Shown in pieces: positions 28,913-40,567 of a stretch of 64,000 nucleotides of DNA. Each line of letters starts with the position of its first letter. Position 1 is the first letter of the stretch. The stretch covers positions 7,936,001 to 8,000,000 of the forward strand of contig OX597831.1 of NCBI GenBank assembly GCA_951406725.2, given 5' to 3'. The position numbers were made by a program, and so were the translations under genes. The notes beneath the pieces were generated by a model, which saw only the letters and a list, made by a program, of their open reading frames with translations, was not told where the DNA came from and made no database searches. This DNA comes from Octopus vulgaris. Its lineage: Eukaryota.

Positions 28913-28956
28913 CTGAAAAAGATACATTTAATCACTTGAGTGACAAAGCCCTTTTG

Positions 28957-29019
<63 letters not shown>

Positions 29020-29087
29020 TAAAAATAAAAATATAATGTATAAAATTTTATTTGATAATTTAAAAATTTTGAATTAATTATTTAAGC

Positions 29088-29177
29088 ATCTTACGATCGT
29101 TTCGCAGAAGAGTTGTCCCTATAATGAAATCCTATATTGATAAGCATTTATAGACAACCCTTCTGCTCTTCAGAGAT
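29088..29177 (-). ncRNA. Type I hammerhead ribozyme motif (Penelope-associated type)
   Basis: Minus strand reads ATCT-CTGAAGA-GCAGAAGGGTTGTC...GACAACTCTTCTGC-GAAA-CGATCG-TA-AGAT: intact core, 14-bp stem II, palindromic stem III, GUA cleavage triplet, stem I ATCT/AGAT. Confidence 0.75.
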
Positions 29178-29653
29178 ATAAAATATGAATATTGTATAAT
29201 ATATCGAATGATAGTTTTAAAAAAAAATTTGAAGTAAAATTGTAAAATGGTGTTTGTTTGAAATGTAAAATAAAAATTAAATATATAAATATTTTAATAG
29301 TATTAATATTTTCATACAATGGAGCACTCAATATAAATTCAGTATATAATATATTCTTATTGAATATATTTACCTAAAGATTTATATATATATATATATA
29401 TATATATATGCCTCCTAAGAAGGTGTTAACCAGTAACTTACTGGTTCAGCAAATGAAGACTTATCGAAGAAATACTAGACTTAAAAATGAAATAAATACT
29501 GGGGTTGATTTGTTTATCTAAAACTATTCAAAGTGGTGCCCCAGCATGGCCACATTCCAATGACTGAAACAAATAAAAGACAAAAAATTAAAGAGAGAAT
29601 CCAAACAAATGAAATTGGAAAAAAAAGAAGGAAAATGAAATAAAATTCCTTAC

Positions 29654-29724
29654 GTGGACGAGACTTTGTGTTTTGTTGAGTTTTGTTGATGTGGAGAAAC
29701 GCTTGGTTTTGCTGCAGAGTTCAT
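29654..29724 (-). CDS. TEX9: TEX9 coding exon 5 (MNSAAKPSVSPHQQNSTKHKVSST)
   Basis: Pyrimidine tract plus ccag acceptor and GTAAGG donor; 71 nt, phase 0 to 2, which bridges the phases of exons 4 and 6. Confidence 0.75.
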
Positions 29725-29861
29725 CTGGTTATGAGAAGAAGCAGAAAGGAATTGAGTGAAGCTTATAAAGATTAACATGGAAAATCAAATAATGAATAGC
29801 AGAAACATCTTCAATAGACGTAGAAACCAGTTGTATTTTTATGTATAAATGCTCTCTAAGA

Positions 29862-30201
29862 AGTGAAGGCGCGTGGCTCTGTGGTTATAGCGTCAAGCTT
29901 ACGATCGTGAGGTTGTGAGTTTGAATCCCGGACCGGGCTGCGTGTTGTGCTCTTGAGCAAGACACTTTATTTCACATTGCTCCAGTTCACTCAGCTGTAG
30001 AAATGAGTTGCGACATCACAGGTGCCAAGCTGTATCGGCACCTTTGCCTTTCCCTTGAATAACACTGGTGGCATGGAGTGGGGAGGCCGGTATGCGTGGG
30101 CGACTGCTGGTCTTCCATAAACAACCTTGCCCAGACTTGTGCCCGGGAGGGTAACTTTCTAGGTGCAATCCCATGGTCAGTCATGTCCGAAGGGGGTCTC
30201 A
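29862..30201 (+). mobile_element. tRNA-derived SINE
   Basis: GGCGCGTGGCTCTGTGG A-box-like and GTTTGAATCC B-box-like elements, then a GTTGTGCTCTTGAGCAAGACACTTTA core; CTCTAAGA repeated on both flanks. Confidence 0.8.
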
Positions 30202-31045
30202 GCCCTCTAAGATGAGCCACTGTTGTTCATCATGGGGCAGACCGGCTTCAGTTTCAAGAGTGCAACTTTAACTGAGAGACTTTCTTAAATTATTGCTAAT
30301 TTATAAAGCAAAGTTATGTCTGATAAAAGAGTTCTCACAAAGATATAAATATTGGTAATAATAATAGTACTGCCTAACTAGCCCTTGTGCCGGTGGCACG
30401 TAAAAGCACCCACTACACTCTCGGGGTGATTGGCATTAGGAAGGGCATCAAGCTGTAGAAACTCTGCCAGATCAGATTGAAGCTTGGTGCAGCCTACTGG
30501 CTCGCCAGTCAAACCATCCAACCTATGCCAGCATGGAAAGTGGACGTTAAACAATGAATAAGGATAATAATAATTCTTTCTACTGGAAGCACAAGGCCTC
30601 AAATTTTGGGGAAGGGATTAAGTCGATTACATCGACCCCAGTGAATAACTGGTACTTATTTCATCGACCCCAAAAAAGTTGAAAGGCAAAGTTGACCTCG
30701 GCGGAATTTGAATTCCTAATGTAGCGACAGACGAACTACTGCTAACCATTTTGCCCGGTGTGCTAAAGATGCTGCCACCTCACCACCTTAATAATAATAA
30801 GATTAGTCAGATAAAAAGGAAGGAATTGTTCCTTTATTTATTTAGAGATTCAGAAAGCCTTCAAAATTTTCCAAGCATTTGAAATGGATTGGAAAGAAAT
30901 AAAATAAAGAAAAATAAAGTAAAAAAAAAACTTTATTTACTTTCTGTACCTCTATGGAAATAGTTTTTTTTTTAACATTATTTTTCTTTATTTTGTTTTA
31001 TTTCATTCTCATTTCATTACCTTGGAAAATTTAGACTTTCTGTGC

Positions 31046-31089
<44 letters not shown>

Positions 31090-31662
31090 TAAGGAGCAAT
31101 TCTCTCATTTTTTCTGACTGTCCTTTATTGTATGCATGTATATGTGTATATATAATTACCAAAATGTAATTTTTCAGCTTTATTCTTTTACTCTTTTATT
31201 TGTTTCAGTCATTTGACTGTGGCCATGCTGGAGCACCGCCTTTAGTCGAGCAAATCAATCCCAGGACTTATTCTTTGTAAGCCTAGTACTTATTCTATCG
31301 GTCTCTTTTGCCAAACCACTAAGTTACGGGGATGTAAACACGCCAGCATCGGTTGTCAAGCAATGTTGGGGGAGAACAAACATATATACACACACACATA
31401 CATATATATACATATATATGACGGGCTTCTTTCAGTTTCCATCTACCAAATCTACTCACAAGGCTTTGGTCAGCCCGAGGCTATAGTAGAAGACACTTGC
31501 CCAAGGTGCCATGCAGTGGAACTGAACCCGGAACCATGTGGTTTGTAAGCAAGCTACTTACCACACAGCCACTCCTACGCCTATATTAACAACTATTTCT
31601 GTATCTCATCCGCCCACACTGAAATAAATAATGTCAGACAATGAACAAAATTCATATTTTAC

Positions 31663-31735
31663 CTTTGACTGAGACTTCGAGGCAGATATACCATAATCTT
31701 CTGCATCATCACCAAAATCCTCATCCTCAAGGTCT
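31663..31735 (-). CDS. TEX9: TEX9 coding exon 4 (DLEDEDFGDDAEDYGISASKSQSK)
   Basis: gacag acceptor and GTAAAA donor; 73 nt, phase 2 to 0; acidic linker lying within ORF 31606..31806. Confidence 0.8.
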
Positions 31736-31750
31736 CTGTCAATGAATATA

Positions 31751-31785
<35 letters not shown>

Positions 31786-33252
31786 TTGAAATTTACAAAA
31801 AAACAAAAGACTAAGACAGGTGTATTAGTTTGACACTTGGGAAAGTGAGAAAGTCTTTTATGTTTTGAGCCTATGCTCTTCAACAGAAAGGAATAAGAAA
31901 AAATAGAGAGAGAATAAAAAAACTTGTGGATTTAGCGGCCAATCATGGCAACTGCTTGGAAAAAGGTAGTTGGACAGGAGAGCTAGGAAGAAGGGGAGAT
32001 AATAAAGTACTGGTGCTCCCAAAATGAAAGTGTGTATGTGTGAGAATGTGTAAGTGTATGCATGTGGATATATATATATATATATATATTTATATACATG
32101 AATAATTTAGATACAGACAAAAGGCATAGACAAGATAAAACATAGAACGAAGACATTAGCAAACTATGTACAGGTTGCATGGAAGTGCTTAACAAAACTT
32201 ATACAGGATCCACATCCTGTTAACTTAACCTATTAAGTCCCACTGTCCTATAAATAGGACACTGAGAACATTAAATAAGCTGTATCACATTGTCTCGGTG
32301 TCCTATTTATCATCATCATTGTTTGACCGTGGTCGAGACAATGGAATTTACCATGCTATGTCAGACTTCACGGTCCATCATGGCATCATGGAGGTCCTGT
32401 TCCTGGATGCCTGTATCCCTGGAGATTACATCAGGGTAGGAGAGTGTGCGCCCTCTGGTATTGCGAGTAGATGGCTTCCAGAGGAGAAGAGTAGAAATTA
32501 CTTCTTTTTCAGCTCTACAACAATGTCCGGCAAACTGGACTCTCCTACCTTTTATAGGACACCGAGTATTTCCATTTCTACTTGAAGTAAAGGAGTTTTC
32601 ATAATTATTTTTTCATTTTAAAATCTGTAAAAATTTAAAAGTAATATTCAAACATTTAAGTATTCTGGGACTTAATGGGTTAAAAAAGAATGAATACACA
32701 AGACAAAGTAGATTTTCATGTCCTCCTCCTCCTCTCTACCACCACCACCACCACCACCACAATGATCATCATCATTTAACGTCCATATTCCATGCTGGCA
32801 TGGGTGGAATGGTGTGACCGGATTCAATGGATCAAAGAACAGCATCATATTGTACTGTTTGCTTTGGTTTCTACAGCCAGATATCCTTTGTAATGCCAAC
32901 CACTTTGCAGAGTGCATTGGGTGCCGTTTCCATGGTACCAGCACTAGTGAGGTCATCACTTTCAACTGTATAGAGAAGGGGGCAGGTTTATTTTAGGAGA
33001 TGAGGGGCCAAGGAGGAGCCAGAAGGAAACAAAAATAGAGGTGATGAGATGTGATGGTGGACCCTCAAGGTGAGAGAGGATGGGAGGATAGGAAATGGAT
33101 GGGTGAGAAGAGGGTGCATGAATGTATGGGGAGAGTGAGAGGTGGTCAGAGATAGGGGATGTGTAGAGACAGGATGGTTATGGCTGAAGTATTTTAGATC
33201 AGAAATCAACTTGACCAGGGTTGACCCAGGGCTAAACAACAACAAAACTTAC

Positions 33253-33362
33253 TGTAGAAATTCATCAGGGTTTATATGATCCAGCAAGTTGGATGTGATG
33301 TGTGATGTTTCCAGATTAATTAAACCAACTCTACTCTCTGAAACATCCACGGGTTGATCTTT
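33253..33362 (-). CDS. TEX9: TEX9 coding exon 3 (KDQPVDVSESRVGLINLETSHITSNLLDHINPDEFLQ)
   Basis: ctttgcag acceptor and GTAAGT donor; 110 nt, phase 0 to 2; open frame consistent with neighbouring exons. Confidence 0.82.
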
Positions 33363-34297
33363 CTGCAAAGAAACATAAAACCAAACTTTTATTCTTTTAT
33401 GAAACTGTGGCCGTGCTGGGTTTCAGACCATCACCACCTCCACCGCCACCACCACCACTATCATCATCATCATTATCAGTAACAGCAGCATCATTTCAGT
33501 GTTCACTTTTCCATAGTGGCAAAGGCCAAATGGAACTTGAGGTGGAATTTTCTACAGACAGATACCATTCCAGTCACTCAACCCTCACCTGTTCCCAGGC
33601 AAGGTAGCATTCCCCCATAACCAGACATGTTTTCATGGAAGTTAGAAATGATTGCCTGCATGATGGTGACACTCGTTTACAACCATCATGTTAAAGCAAG
33701 GAAATAATAACATATACACACACTCACGCACACAACAGGCTTCTTTCAGTTTCCACCAACCAAATCCACTCACAAGTAGATTTGGTCAGTGGAAACCGAA
33801 AGAAGCTTGAGGCTATAGTAGAAAACACTTGGCCAACATGCCATGCAGACAAACTGAATGTGGAACCATGTGGCTGGGGATTAAATTTCTTACCACATGG
33901 CCTTGCCTGCACCTATACACCCCTGTGTCTATATGTACATGTGTGTGTGTGTGTGTGTATACATTTGTTATGTGTAAACAGACATGGAACAGCACCAGTT
34001 TCGATATTTTGTCTTAGAGAAACTTCCAAAAGAGATGTTTGTATTAAAAGACATGATTTTGATTAGAAGCCTGTTGGAAGTGTTTATTGACCTGAGGAAG
34101 CCATCAGTTTCTCAGACAGAAAGAGTCTTGTGGGACTGCAAAGACAGGGTTCCATTTCAATACTAGAAATATTACACATGGCAAGGTTAGTCACTTGCCA
34201 TACAACCCTCTGCTGGCATTTGGCTAACCATTCTTTGCAACGATTCCTGTAAGGAGGCCAGGAATTTGCATGGAATATTTGCAAACATATCACTTAC

Positions 34298-34361
34298 TAT
34301 TAGTCCCTCGGCTTCTCTGACCAAATACGCAGTCCGAGCTTCAAGTTCCGCATTCAGTTCT
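34298..34361 (-). CDS. TEX9: TEX9 coding exon 2 (ELNAELEARTAYLVREAEGLI)
   Basis: CAG acceptor and GTAAGT donor; 64 nt, phase 2 to 0; TEX9-like LNAEL motif. Confidence 0.88.
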
Positions 34362-35104
34362 CTGGTAAAGAAAATGAAATATCAGTTATTACAGTAAAAT
34401 AAATATCAGATATGTAACAGAATATTTAAGACATGTCAGATACATAATACAATATGAGTAAATATCAGATATAGGGCAGTGAGCTGGCAGAATCATTAGC
34501 ATGCCAGGCAAATTGCTTCAGTCTTAAGTAAATAAGTACTAGATGTAAACGGTATTCCAGTGAGGGTCTTACTTGACTTATTGTAACATTATATGGCATT
34601 AGCAGATGATCAGAACGATCCTCTTCCTCATTATTGGTTAAGTGCTGGAATTATGAAAGCAACAACAGCTTGGAAGAGCCATTTTAGCAATCACCATCGT
34701 CATCATTACCATCGCTGTCGTCATCATCATTTTAACGCCCTTTTCCATGCTTGCATCGGTCAAAGTTTGTTGAGACAGATTTTCTATGGCGAGATGCCAT
34801 TCCTGTCACCAGCAGTGACCTCCTGCTTTCAAGCCAGGTGATATTCCCCCATTCCAGGCATTTTCTCACAGAATATTGGAAATGAACAATACTGCTTGTA
34901 TAACAGTGACACTCTTTTACAACTATCACATAATGTCATGACAAGGAGACACAAACATACACAACAGTCATATATATACATATATGACAGGTTTCCTTCA
35001 GTTTTCCATCTACTAAATTCACTGACAAAGCTTTGGTCAACTTGGAACTGTAGTAGAAGAGACTTATTTGCCCAAGGTGCCATGCAGTAGGACCGAACCT
35101 GAAA

Positions 35105-35598
35105 CCTTGAAGAATTTTTAGTCGAATGAATTGAGACCAGCCCTTCTTTTCTTTTTTTTAAAGCCTGGTGCTTATTCTATCTGTTCCTTTTGCTGAACCA
35201 CTAAGTTAACTCCTGAACTAATCACAATACACAATCCTTCCTACCCATCTCATCGTCTTTCTGGAATATCCTGCTATTTGGCTGCTATTTCATGTACATC
35301 ATGTGGTTGGGAAGCAGACTTCTTAACCAAAAAGCCACACCTGCATCTATTTGACAGACTTTGCGTATATATAAATATTCCTCCCCCCTCCCTGCCTGCT
35401 CTCCCCAATCTGGTTACTCGTTCACTGAAGTGTGATGGAAATTTTGACACTTCAAGAAATAAATGAAAAGTGAATTTAACAGTTTTTGTGTGATTTTAGA
35501 TGGTTAAAAGTGTTGCTTCCATAATGTAATTGCTTCTGTTTCAACATCTGGTCCCTGACCGAATCATCTGCCAGACAAATACAACTCTGAAGTTTCAA

Positions 35599-35646
<48 letters not shown>

Positions 35647-35795
35647 GCATTGAAGTTCCTGTCAAAGACTGAGCTTACGGATTTACTTCTACCACAGACC
35701 TGGCAACAACACACGTATGAAAATACCTTGGAAGTTTCTATTCGTTAGCTAATGAGGTTAAAACAAAGAAATACCACTGTTAGATTACAGAAGAA

Positions 35796-35854
<59 letters not shown>

Positions 35855-36095
35855 CTTTCTTTTAGTTGTTTAAGTCATTAGACTGGCCATGCTGGAGTAG
35901 TGCCTTGAAGAATTTTTAGTTAAATGAATTGAGACCAGTCCTTATTTTCTTATTTTTTTTTAAAGCCTGGTGCTTATTCTATCTATTCCTTTTGCTGAAC
36001 CACTAAGTTAACTCCTGAACTAATCACAATACACAATCCTTCCTACCCATCTCACCGTCTTTCTGGAATATCCTGCTATTTGGCTGCTATTTCAT
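35105..36095 (+). repeat. Local direct duplication of about 190 bp (35105-35295 and 35905-36095)
   Basis: CCTTGAAGAATTTTTAGT...CTGGAATATCCTGCTATTTGGCTGCTATTTCAT occurs twice, including the unique part. Confidence 0.85.
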
Positions 36096-36792
36096 AGTGA
36101 CCACATAGCAGCTCTATGGCTGGCTTCTGTAGCGATTGGCTCATTCATATCTACATAATTATTTGTCAGTCTTTGTGAAGTTGGTAAGAAACGACAGAAT
36201 TCTATCTGCAAATTGTTTACAGTTTGTTCATTAAAACTTTGTGACCTTGTTGGTTGTTGTTTGGCTCAATCAAATGTGAACAAAGAATCCAGAGGTTAGA
36301 AATTATGAACTTGATATTATTCGTAACTTGAAGGTTTTCATCTCAAAATTACTTCACAGAAACATTAAATGTTTTCATACATAGAAACTAATTAATTTGC
36401 AAAATGTACACTCGCTTACGTAATCAAAAATATAACGATTACAAAAGTGAGAACTGAATTGACAGAAGAGAGAAGGTGTTTGCACCGTTTGCTCATGGAT
36501 GTTTAGTTTCAATCCACTGAAGGGGCTGGCATGGCTGTGTGGTAAGAAGCTTGCTTCCCAACCACATGGTTCTGGGTTCGGTCACACTGCATGGCATCTT
36601 AGTATCTTCTACTTTAGCCTCAGCCCAACCAAAGCTTTGTGAGTGCATTCGGTAAATGGAAACTGAAAGAAGCTTATTGAATGTATGTGTGTGTGTGTGT
36701 GTTTGTGTTTGTGTCTGTTCCCCCACCACCATCACCATTCATTCGACTGAAAATTCTTCAAGGTGGTGCCTCAGCATGGCCACAGTCTCATG

Positions 36793-36843
<51 letters not shown>

Positions 36844-36887
36844 ACAAAACCTAAAATAAATCGGGACTGCTGAAAGAATCGACTCAC

Positions 36888-37003
36888 TGATACAGTTTTT
36901 CTTTGTCAATTAAATCATTGGTGTCTTTTTTGCTTTTGGTTCCTGACTTCTTTGAGGTAGAATTAATTCTTTTGCGAGCTGGAGCGGGAGGAGGAAGAGG
37001 CAT
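36888..37003 (-). CDS. TEX9: TEX9 coding exon 1 (MPLPPPAPARKRINSTSKKSGTKSKKDTNDLIDKEKLYQ)
   Basis: ATG at 37003; possible acceptor ttctttcag at 37025-37033, 21 nt upstream and in frame; GTGAGT donor after 36888 (phase 2). Joined to the next exon it reads DLIDKEKLYQELNAELE, resembling the TEX9 N-terminal motif DLL..EEEYKRLNAEL. Confidence 0.8.
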
Positions 37004-37090
37004 GCTGAAAATTCCAGGATGTGTCTGAAAGAAGACAAAAGAAAAAAGAACTTGATATTCTTTATCATCTTCACTTGGTTTACATAAGAC

Positions 37091-38465
37091 CTTTTGGGAT
37101 TACTGGTACTTCTGGTCACTGTTGCTAACGACGACAAGAACAAAGAAGATTTAGTTGGAGTTTCTCAGCTGTAAACTTTTGGTGAAGGAGTTTGTATGAC
37201 ACTAAAGTCAATGAATTTGGTCCCCAATAGTCAACTGGTATTTTATTTCGGAAAATGATTTCAACTGACCTTGCATTAGACAACAGCATAGTTCTAGGTT
37301 CAAACCAGATTAAATTCTTATAAAGCCCATGGTATTAAATTTAGTGCATATTTCTCATCATTTGTTCTTTTTTTTATTTGTTTGTCATTTATCAAACAAA
37401 TCAACCCCAGTTTTTTTTTTAAAGTCTGGTGCTTATTCTATTGGGCTATTTTGGTGAACCACTAAGTTATGGGGACATAACAAACTGACACTGGTTGCCA
37501 AGCAGTGAGGAGGCGGGGACAAACACACACACGTCCGTTTTCCGCGCTAGCACGGGTTGGACGGAGCACGATATATATAAATTAAATTAGAGATAAATTT
37601 AATTTAATTTTAAATTTTATATTTTATATATTTTGTATATTATATTAATTATATTTATTTTTATGTTTTGGTTTATTTTTCACTGTTTGATTTGCCTAAT
37701 AGTGGTTTTAGGCAAATCAAACAGTGAAAAACATAAACCAAAACATAAAAATAAATATAATTAATATAATATACAAAATATATAAAATATAAAATTTAAA
37801 ATTAAATTAAAAATTTTTAATTTATATTTAAAATTTTTAATTTATAAATTTTTAAACTTTAATTTTTTAAAATCATTATCATTCATAATATCATTAAAAT
37901 TAGATATATTATAGTTATAATAGTAGGCTTTCCATTGAACCTTAGAAACAAAATCCTTAATATTATTAATACGTTTCAAAATATATTGTTTCCGAGAGGG
38001 TATTGGAATATCCTTCAAAGATGAATTCCAAAATAGCGGTTCTATCTTACCTGTAAGTTCCATAACATACGAAATTGAGATAATACACTCAATAAACGTA
38101 ATTTATCAATATATTAATTATAATAATAATTAATATATCTAATTTTAATGATATTATGAATGATAATGATTTTTAAAAATTAAAGTTTAAAAATTTATAA
38201 ATTTAAAATTTAAAAAATATAAAAATTTATAAATATGAATTAAAAATTTTAAATTTAATTAATTTGATTTTAAATTTTATATTTTATCTATTTTGTATAT
38301 TATATTAATTATATTTATTTTTATGTTTTGGTTCGTTTTTCACTCTTTGATTTGCCTAATAGTGGTTTTATCTCTAATTTAATTTATATTTATACTGTGA
38401 AATTTGATTTAATCCTAAATCTAATTTTTCCCTGTAAGTTTGGATTTACTCCCTATTATTATTAT

Positions 38466-38515
<50 letters not shown>

Positions 38516-39363
38516 TGCATACACATACATACAGATAGAGAGGGAGGGGAGAGAAAGAGAAAAACCGATTGGTTGACTGGTAAAGAGATAGACAGATAGA
38601 GACAGACAAAAACACACACACACATAAACACATGCATTCTTAAAACCTGACAGTCTACTTTGAGTGGCGCCCAATCAAACTTTCTGGTTCTGTAATGAAG
38701 TAAGACACTAATTAAATACTGCAACAAGTTCAAATCATATTGTAACTGTTGTGCTAACATGTGTGGCTGTGTGGTAAGGAATTTGCTTCCAAACCACGTG
38801 GTTCTAGGTTCAGTCCCATTGTGTGGAACCTTGGGCAAGTGCCTTCTACTATAACCCCAGGCCTACCAAAGCCTTGAGAGTGAATTTGGTAGACAGAAAA
38901 CTGAAAGAAGCCTGTTGTATATACATACATATATATATATCATTGTGTGTGTGACTTGGGGTTACCCCACTGCTTGACAACCAGTGTTGATGTTTTTATG
39001 TGCTCAGTTCAGCAAAAGGGACCTATAGAATAAGTACCAAGCTTTAAAATTTACTGGGGTTGATTGATTCAACTAAAAAAAAAAATCTTCAAGATCCACT
39101 AAATTTAATGCCATGGGACTTTGTAAGAATTCAATCTGGTTTGAACCTAGAACTATGTTGTTGTCTAATGCAAGGTCAGTCCTGGTCAGTCAAAATCATT
39201 CTCCGAAATAAAATACCAGTTGACTATTGGGGAATAATTTCATTGACTTTAGTGTCATACAAACTCCTTCACCAAGAGTTTACAGCTGAGAAACACCAAT
39301 TACATCTTCTATGTTCTTGTTGTCGTTAGCAACAGTGACCAGAGGTACCAGTAATCTCAAAAG
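37091..39363. repeat. Inverted duplication with about 260-bp arms (37091-37350 and 39095-39363)
   Basis: Arms are reverse complements at roughly 90% identity by eye, with one 10-nt indel. Confidence 0.9.
37570..38460 (-). mobile_element. Penelope-like retroelement 5' relic arranged as inverted repeats
   Basis: ORF 37842..38063 (SLKDIPIPSRKQYILKRINNIKDFVSKVQWKAYYY) resembles the N-terminus of Penelope-like ORFs (YSxKNIPIP...RMRWKA); flanking AT-rich unit recurs at 45520-45710 and 56320-56445. Confidence 0.55.
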
Positions 39364-40535
39364 AAAAAAGATAGCAGAGAAATGTGCAGAGAAGGTTAAA
39401 CTGAAATATATTCTGCCAACCGACAGCAGCCAGTTTTGGGGTCTAAGAGGAGATTTTGGTGTTGTTCCACTCTTAATCCACTGTTGAGTATTTAGTGATT
39501 GCGAAGAGATCCAGTTGAGAAAAGCAATTGTTCCAACAAAATACAGAAATACAAATTAGCCAAAATAAAATAAAATAAACGAGCATGAGAGATTGATTGG
39601 AGAAGGAAAATACAAAACAAAATGAAATTTTAACCAATTAGAAGAATATTTTGATTAACAAATTCTAAATCACCTCATGCTCCCTCGTTATAGCACTCTT
39701 TGATCGTGGAATACTTTTAGTTAAAACATCAAAAAATTTATAATAATATTATACTTTCATTAAAGATGTTTTATTGCATAAGATCTTAATTATGAGATCT
39801 TAATTAATTAAATGTATTCTATAATTTCCTTATGACATTACACCACTCAAACGTAACATAACACTATGAATGTCTCCTCACATCTCCATTGAAGTATTGT
39901 GTTAATGATTCGTACTGACACTATATATTTCATTCTTTAATCATGAGACTGTGGTCAGGCTGGAGCACTGCACTCAACATGTTATTGAACCTAAGTACTT
40001 CTTTCAGTTTTCTTTTTTTATTGATCCTTGTTTATCAAGTAGCTGAGTGACATTTTTTTTATGCAACATCAACCTTTTATCCAATGGTGTTGTGTCAGAG
40101 ACAGACACTGGACTGTGGCCATACTGGAGCACTCACAAAGGGTTTTGGTAGAATAGCTCAACTCTAATTCTTGATTTTTAAGCCTTGTACTTACTCTGTT
40201 GGTCTCTTTTGCTAAACCCGAATGTTATGGGGACATAAAAATGAACCAACACTCGTGTCAAGTTGTAGGTTGACATATATATGTGTGTGTATTAGTGTGT
40301 GTATACATACATATACATATGAGAGGAGCTTGTCTTGCAAGGTACTTGGCAGCCCCATGGGGGCTGGTGCTTCATAAAAAAGTATGCAGTACACTCTGTG
40401 AAGTGGTTGGCATTAGGAAGGGTATCCAGCCATAGAAGCCATGCCAAAATAGACAATGGAATCTGATGCAGCTCTCCAGATTGCTGCTCCTGTCAAACTT
40501 TCCTACCTGTACCAGCATGGAAAGCAGATGCTAAA

Positions 40536-40567
<32 letters not shown>

